Assembly (NCBI RefSeq): GCF_009914755.1
Contig: NC_060936.1
Direction: 5' to 3' (one strand)
Length of the DNA: 64,000 nucleotides
DNA from: the human T2T-CHM13v2.0 reference genome, Homo sapiens
Numbering within the stretch: the first letter of the stretch is position 1; each line of letters opens with the position of its first letter. Positions 57,101 through 64,000 of this stretch are shown one piece after another. Both the position numbers and the translations under genes were made by a program. The notes beneath the pieces are model-generated. The model was not told the DNA's origin and made no database searches. It was given only the letters and a program-made list of their open reading frames with translations.

Positions 57101-58739
57101 AAAAGCTTACCAGATAGTAATCCTTTTTGACCCTTATAATATTTTCTCTGTAAGACACATCTACCTTTATTTTAAAAGAGAAGGTAAAACAGAAGAAGCC
57201 CTTACCAGAGACAGAGAAAACAATTCGTTCAGCTAGATCCAACAGTGCTCTGTGCAGCCTGGAAGCATGAGTGATCCTTGGGCCTCACACAAAAGCGAGA
57301 TAATTGGCTCTCAATGAAGAGATGTAAACATCCATCATAATGGCACTGTGCTGAAACTGAACGCTACCTCAGCTGTTCTATGTACTCTGACTGGAAGATG
57401 ATGTCACAAACATCAACTGGGTGTACTCTCATTGGCTTCTGTTACCTGGAATCATATCTTAACCCTAAACTGTCAGCTACAAATTGAAATGCACATTTCT
57501 GACTATAATTTCTGCCTTTAAAAGGAGAGTGAAAGTAATGTTGAGCTCCTGGGGGATCACAAACTGAAAATACTGCCCTCTAATTATGCTAAGACTGATT
57601 TACCTAATTAATTAATCAGAATTAGTGAAAATTTTATTTTCCAAATGTGTTTTGTTAAGTAGCAGTGTTTATAAAAGGTATTTGACAGAATGGATATTAA
57701 AGGACAAGATGTATGTAATCATAACATCTGGAATTTTAAATTTTGTAATTACTTTGCATTGATTTTACAGTACTAGCCCCTGAGATTTAAGAAACTCAAA
57801 TTGAGAAAAATTATAATGTAGTCAATTGTACAGTGAAGTTTTTAATCAATTTTTTCAGAGCAGCCATTTGTTTTTAAATCTTCTAATAAAACCACAAAAA
57901 TGGAAATGCATTTTATTCTCTGAGTGTTAAACACTGTTTGCAAAGTTTCATGTAATAAACCTTAAAGTTTATTACATGATATTACATGAAAGAGATATTA
58001 AAAGCACATCACTAATACAATAATGTTAAATATTGGTTTTTACAAAGAGTAATTTATAAGCCACTGGAACTTCAGACAATCCCATTTCAGTAATTGAAAG
58101 CTACTCTATGATATAGTGCTGTTCTTTTTGAGCACACACAGGGAATAATTATCCATCTCTTACCTTCTATCTTGACAAAAGCCCCAGATTTCTCCCCAGG
58201 CTTAAATCCAGTGGGAGAGGAGGATAATGGGCTAAGCTGGTTGCAGCAGCTTGCTGCCAGAGGGACAAAACTACAATCACCTTGAAATATACCCAAGCTT
58301 TCCCTACTGAAAGGAGCTGTCAACCGCATAACTGTGAGATGCAAGAATTACCAGAGCTATTCAATGACCAGTTCCTTCTAAATCTAGCCCAGCCATATCC
58401 CAGGGCAAGCCCTTTGAAAGCTGTGCAGCTCAGCATGCGAACAGTACAAGCACCTGGAGAAAGAGCAAGGAAATTCACTTCAACCACCCCAACTTTAGGG
58501 AAAGGAAAGTCACCAACAGTGCACTTGCATGACTTTATGCTGTTTCATTTATTTCTGAATAATGGATTCAGGGCAAATACTTGTTACATTCCCTCTGCAT
58601 TTACAGTGACAGAAAATTATTTTTACTCAATGGCCTCAATAAGAGTTCAAAAAGTTGATAATATATGAAAATACACTTTCATATGTTCACATTTCCTCCC
58701 AAGTTCTGACTTTTATGATAGTCAGTTTATTTGATTACT

Positions 58740-58990
58740 CTGAGAAGCGAGTTAGCATGTGACATGGGAGCAAGAGTTCTAGACTAGGGTTGAAATGATT
58801 CATCCTCCAGTTCTTGCTCCACCACTTACTATCTGTAAAAACTCTGGTAACTTAGCATCTTTTATGTATAGACTGAGAGTGGTAATGCTACATACAGCAA
58901 AATAATAATAATAAAGATATGGGGATCAGATGAGACAATGCATAGAAGCTTGTTATATAAAATAAAAAGTATTACATAAATATAAGATAA
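58740..58990 (+). mobile_element. MIR fragment
   Basis: cttgctccaccacttactatctgt...gggatcagatgagacaatgcatagaagc. Confidence 0.6.
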
Positions 58991-59251
58991 TTAATATTAT
59001 CGTTGTTATGAAAACAATCAAATGCGTTAATTTTAAAGACACATGGAAGATTTAAAATTTAGAGTTACTTTGGTGCCCTCAAAATAATGATATAAATATG
59101 TTAAACCCTTAATATTTCAACTCAAAAATAATGTTGCAAATTAACTTGATTTATAACACTGACTCACTCAATTTTTTTTTTGTTTGTTTGTTTTGGAGTT
59201 TTAACCCTCCCAGAATAATTTCAGCATGTTTTCTACATGCAACAGGATATA

Positions 59252-59252
<1 letters not shown>

Positions 59253-59300
<48 letters not shown>
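59253..59300 (+). repeat. (TCTA)12 tetranucleotide STR
   Basis: Pure run of 48 bp. Confidence 0.97.
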
Positions 59301-61915
59301 CATTCAGTTAATTTTTAAAGACAAATGTATTTTCTGGTGATTTTAGTGCACAGAAATCATAACCTCTCTTATTTGTTTTGCATTTGTTTGGGTGACAGAA
59401 TGCCACATATAATGTGCCTAGAGAAATACAGCAATATAAAGATTGGGAAACTTAAATACTCCTAGGGCTCTGCAGGCATTTTTGTTTGTTTGTTCATTTA
59501 TTTATTTGTCAATTTCCACAGGTATCAACGTATAGGCATTTTGTATCAATAACCCACATCCTACACAAAATTTGTTTACAAGTGAATAAGGTACCTAGTA
59601 AAGAAAGCTGGTTTTTGTTATTAAAATATGTCAGTGAGATTTTTTAAGAATATAGATTTCAATGCTTAAATATTATACAAGATGGAGTCTCTAATGAATT
59701 ACTTAGTATTTTAAGGACATACACTTATTACATATGAAAATAATTTCATATTTAAAATTTGAATTGTTTAAAAATTAACAAAATTATTGGCTTATACTTT
59801 AATTCCTAGGAAAATTGATAGGAAAAAAGATAATGTACTAGAAATACTTCATACTAACGTTGGACTAGAATAATGAGTGAATCTTTATCACATACATTAA
59901 GTCAACTTCAAATTTTGTATTTATTTATTAGGACAGAATTTATATTTTAGTTTTAAATAATTACATTTATACACTCAGGAACATTCAGATAAATACAGGA
60001 TATAATAGTTCATATATGAATATCAGTTTTATTACTCCAAAGTATATTTTATACATAAGGACAGAAGAAAATATATATACATATATTCTCTTACAGTGGG
60101 GAGAAATCATTAGAAAGTAATAATTAGTAGAATTTATAAAATTTTTTTGTGATTTTTTAGTGGTGTTTCTTTTGGAAAAGTAGAGATACTAAACTTCAAG
60201 ACCTTTCAGTAATTTATTTTCAGAATGTCCTTTGGAAAAAAGTCTGATGATACTTGGACATCAGTCTGCACATGTATCTGGGTTAAGGTCAAAAATAAGA
60301 TAGTGTGTATGTGATGTGAACATTGATAATAAGACACGTAACTGTTTTCTACTATACTAAAATAATATTATTAAGAAATACAACCTGATTACAAAATGTA
60401 AAAAAAATTCTAAATGTAAAAATGTTAAAACTTTAAGAAACTACAAGAAAAATAAAAGGATGGTGTCATTTCTTGAATATTCTATTTAATATACACATGT
60501 GGAAAAGTAAAATGCTGCATATAGCTCTAATTTCATAAAGGAATAATAACAAACACTGCATTTGAGAATGAATTTACCAACGTTGTCTCATTATTTATTA
60601 CATTCCTCCAACTAAAATGGCCAGCTAGCATTTGTGAGTTCAGAGAATATAAAATATTTTAACTTTAATAGTGTGTAAAAGTTTAATATGAGGGGGCAAA
60701 ACACTCTATAGACATCAATTTAAGCTTCATTCTCAGTAAATGTATATTAGTAAATATCTATAATAAGATCATTTCAATAGTTTTCATAACTCAGCACCCT
60801 GACTAGTAACATAATAGCCCCATGTCATAAAGCATACAACACTAGATATGAAAAGTCTTATTTTGTTTTTTCCTTTTTTTGAACAACATTGTTACAATTG
60901 TAACACCTGTAATTCAAGAAAAAAATTTGTTGAATGTGGTGAGAGGAAGCTAACCAATTTTAATGTAGGCATTTTACTATTCATTAGCATTATTTTACTA
61001 CATAGACACATAATTAACAGATAAATAGGCTTTATTGCATTAGGGTATATTAAAATTAAATCTGCTCAAAAAATGGAAGGACAAGTTGGAGTATCAAATA
61101 AAAATTTATATCAAATACTTATTAATATGTTTGCAGAGAATTAGGTGGTAAGAGAATTAAAAACACAGAGACAAAAGAGAAACATGCCCTTGTAAAAACG
61201 CTTGTTGTCCACAGCTGGCTCCCACCCACCTTTTATTGTTTCAACCCCTTGCTCCCACTGAAAGTAAGCACATCTGTCCCTTAAAGTACTGTCTTAATTC
61301 TAAACTCGTTTCTCAATGTACCCTGTTTAATAGCTATGTGGTTACTTAGGGCCTTTTAAAATTAGAATATGATGCAGGCACAGCCATACCCTGATAGGCA
61401 GAAATAGCCAGAAGCCTACTACCTTTTATTTTTAAATTTATCAAAGTTAACATTGAATAATTTACAATGTGCCAATTTCCTAATAGAAAGAAACCTCCAA
61501 ATCAAATTATTTTCATAGTAAGGTGTGTTTCCATAGGAAATGAAGCAGAGTTAGTTATTATCTGCACTTACTTTCTCTAGAATAGCTCCACTATTAGAAT
61601 TGGATCAGAGCATAGAGTGTAAGTCAGAGATTCTTCTGTTCAATTATTGACTGTATATTTTATGCACCATGACAAGGAGCAAGTTATTTACCTTCCCTGA
61701 ACAATGTTGTCTAACTTGTGATCTTTCTCAAAGGCTTCTTAAAGTTATTAAAAAGAGAAATATATTATATAAATTATTTAGATCATTATTTAGTACTTGC
61801 TAATTGGTAATTGCTCAAGGGACAAATTTTTCCCATATCCCATTATATTTTTATATAATAAAAATATCTTTGAAACAGAAACAAAGCTATATACCTTTTT
61901 TTTCCATTGAAGAGA

Positions 61916-61992
61916 AAGGTTTGTTCATTAAACAGCATATATAGCTACTCAAATGAAGGTTTTGTTCATTAAACATCATATATAGCTACTCA
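61916..61992 (+). repeat. Two-copy tandem duplication, unit about 40 bp
   Basis: aaggttt(t)gttcattaaaca(g/t)catatatagctactca occurs twice. Confidence 0.92.
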
Positions 61993-62789
61993 TAAGTATT
62001 AAACAGAACCATGAGGAACAATGGAGCACATGATAAAGTAAAACTGTGTCTGAGAGAAGCAGCATCTTAAAACATTTGTGTGGCAGTTATAAATACTTGT
62101 CTAGCACTACCTTGTACAGAGTAGTAGCTCATTAAACATGTATTGAATTGATTTGACATTTTAAGAATTGGTGAACCTCTGCAGCAGAACATATTTAAAA
62201 ACCCAAATTGCATCAACTTCACTTCTATTCATTCAATAGACAAAAATTGAAGACCTTATATAATGCCAGACATTGAATTAATTGCTATGATGCAAACATG
62301 AATATGACTCATACTTCAGTTTCAAGGAAACCTTAGTCAAGGGAGAGCTTGAAACCTTAAATAAAATATACCAGACCAATTTTCTTACTGGTCAGTTAAC
62401 ATAAACGAAAGTTTACCTAGAAGGCTGAAATGTCAAATATTTCTGTTCCTCATTTGAATTAGTAAAAAAACATCAGCAAGCTATTAGAAGCAATTTCCTG
62501 AGAAAAGTAACTTTTAAGATATATAATAATGTCATGACTGATTCAGACCAATATTTTGCAACCCGTGTATCTATCGTACTCTATTGATTTTCAATATGCA
62601 CAACCAAGACCAAGAGGCATATCAAGGCACTCAAGTACCTTCTGAATCATCTTGAATTGATTAGGTGTAATGGAGTTCATGATTAATTGAGAGCATACCA
62701 GAAGTGTGTTGTACCTTGGGGTTTCACTCTGCCTTGTAAGGAAGTAAGAATTACAGTGAAGGGAAGTAAGAATCACATTACAGAATGTA

Positions 62790-63600
62790 AATGAAGGAAA
62801 CTCTTAACATCCCTCCCCCACCACATTCATGCCTTGTTTAAAATCCTTCAGAAGTTCTTGTTCTTATAAGGAGAAAGGCAACCCCTTTAACCCATTTATG
62901 CCTCAGGTTGCAATTTTTTGAATTTTTGCAATCAGATCTTGGCTATGACATTGAGCAGTAGGATATAAATAACTCCCACATGCTTAGCGTTCCAATATTA
63001 GAACACTAGGCATAAATTTAATATAGTTTACAATGTCCTGTATGATCTGACCACAATCTCTCTAGCCTTACCTTCCACTAGCCTTCTCATCTCACTGTTG
63101 TGTTTCTCTCTTCTCCATCGCAAATGACAAGTTTCAGTCCCATTTCTTCCATAATTTATTTTGTTACAGAGCATGTTCATATATCCAGACAGTTGTTTCT
63201 ACCTGGAATGCTTTCTACCCATTCTTCCTTTCATATTACTCCTTATTCTCACATGTCAAGCCATTTGAATCTATCAGTCACTCATAGTCATATTGTATCT
63301 TTCAGCCACAGGCTCTTTGCATATGCTTTCTATTCTAAATACTTTTCTATGCATGCCATCTTTCTTTTTATCTAGGTGTCTCTACTCATTCCAGATCAGC
63401 TATCCCTTTTCAAAGAAGTCATTCTTGCCTAGCTTATTAAATCAAATCTCTTTAAGTGACCTTATATCCTGATAGCTCTCTTTTGTTGCATTTATCATTG
63501 CAATAGATTTACTTCTGTGACTTTTAAGATGTTTGTATCTTCCACTAGGTTCTTGAAAGCAGACATTCTGTCTGCTTTTGCTTACTCTCTTAGGCATATG
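62790..63600 (+). mobile_element. L2 fragment hosting the MER85
   Basis: ttaaaatccttca..., tcctgtatgatctgacc, tctacctggaatgctttct, cactagg...ttgaaagcagac. Confidence 0.6.
62891..63017 (-). mobile_element. MER85 piggyBac MITE (PGBD3-derived)
   Basis: TTAA at 62887-62890 and 63018-63021; TIR cccatttatgcct; internal sequence matches the reverse complement of MER85; terminal GGG missing at the right end. Confidence 0.93.
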
Positions 63601-64000
63601 ATTCATTTTTAGAGTACATTCATATATAGATATTCTAGTATACTACACAAAATATGCATATTAAAAACTTTGGCATGAAATTGGAATTTATTTTTAATTT
63701 TCTAATTTTAAACATCACTTGTATTTGATAAACCTTTTAAAGGTAATTTCTGCCTGCAGTCAGAATTAGAGAAAAGATAAGCCATTTTAATATGTTTTCT
63801 AGCACTTACTAAAATATTTTACTTATTATTTGTACTTCCAAAATTTTTGACCGACTGGATTTCCATATGGAATATTTTTCAACTTTATTCCTAGATATAG
63901 TAATGTTGACTGTAAAAACTTTGTCATTTGTTTAAAAGGTTTTATTTTATATATTTTCTATTAAAAGAGTGATTTTTACCCTACTATATAAAGGTGAAAG

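Noticed and set aside
57111-57205. Pair of minus-strand exons suggested by two gtaag donors
   Set aside because: The implied intron would be 41-58 nt, too short for normal human splicing.
58282-58668. 128-aa ORF in unique DNA
   Set aside because: Non-ATG start, no recognisable homology and no convincing splice boundaries.

Overview
This is AT-rich, CpG-depleted mammalian DNA, almost certainly human: it carries an AluYa5 and an L1HS pre-Ta element, both human-specific subfamilies. I recognise no protein-coding exon, RNA gene or CpG island. The ORF-track entries trace to Alu, L1, ERV or low-complexity sequence, or look like chance ORFs. The window reads as intergenic or deep-intronic and is dominated by transposable elements: seven Alus, old L1M fragments, an L1PA 3' end, an L1HS 3' end, a deleted old L1, MaLR LTRs, a MER67 LTR, a two-LTR MER57-family ERV1 provirus with gag, integrase and env relics, a piggyBac MER85 MITE, L2/MIR fragments and several microsatellites. 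I found no new protein-coding system. The most unusual signals are structural: (1) a 151-bp duplicated segment at the tip of a split 23-bp-arm palindrome, with a 13-bp flanking duplication and junction microhomologies (52.15-54.11 kb); (2) a 63-bp-arm hairpin with a third, inverted copy about 2.5 kb away (12.09-14.77 kb). Also notable are two young, possibly polymorphic retroinsertions, several enhancer-like motif clusters and a few candidate non-coding exons. Subfamily names are from remembered consensus sequences, and boundaries of old repeats are approximate.
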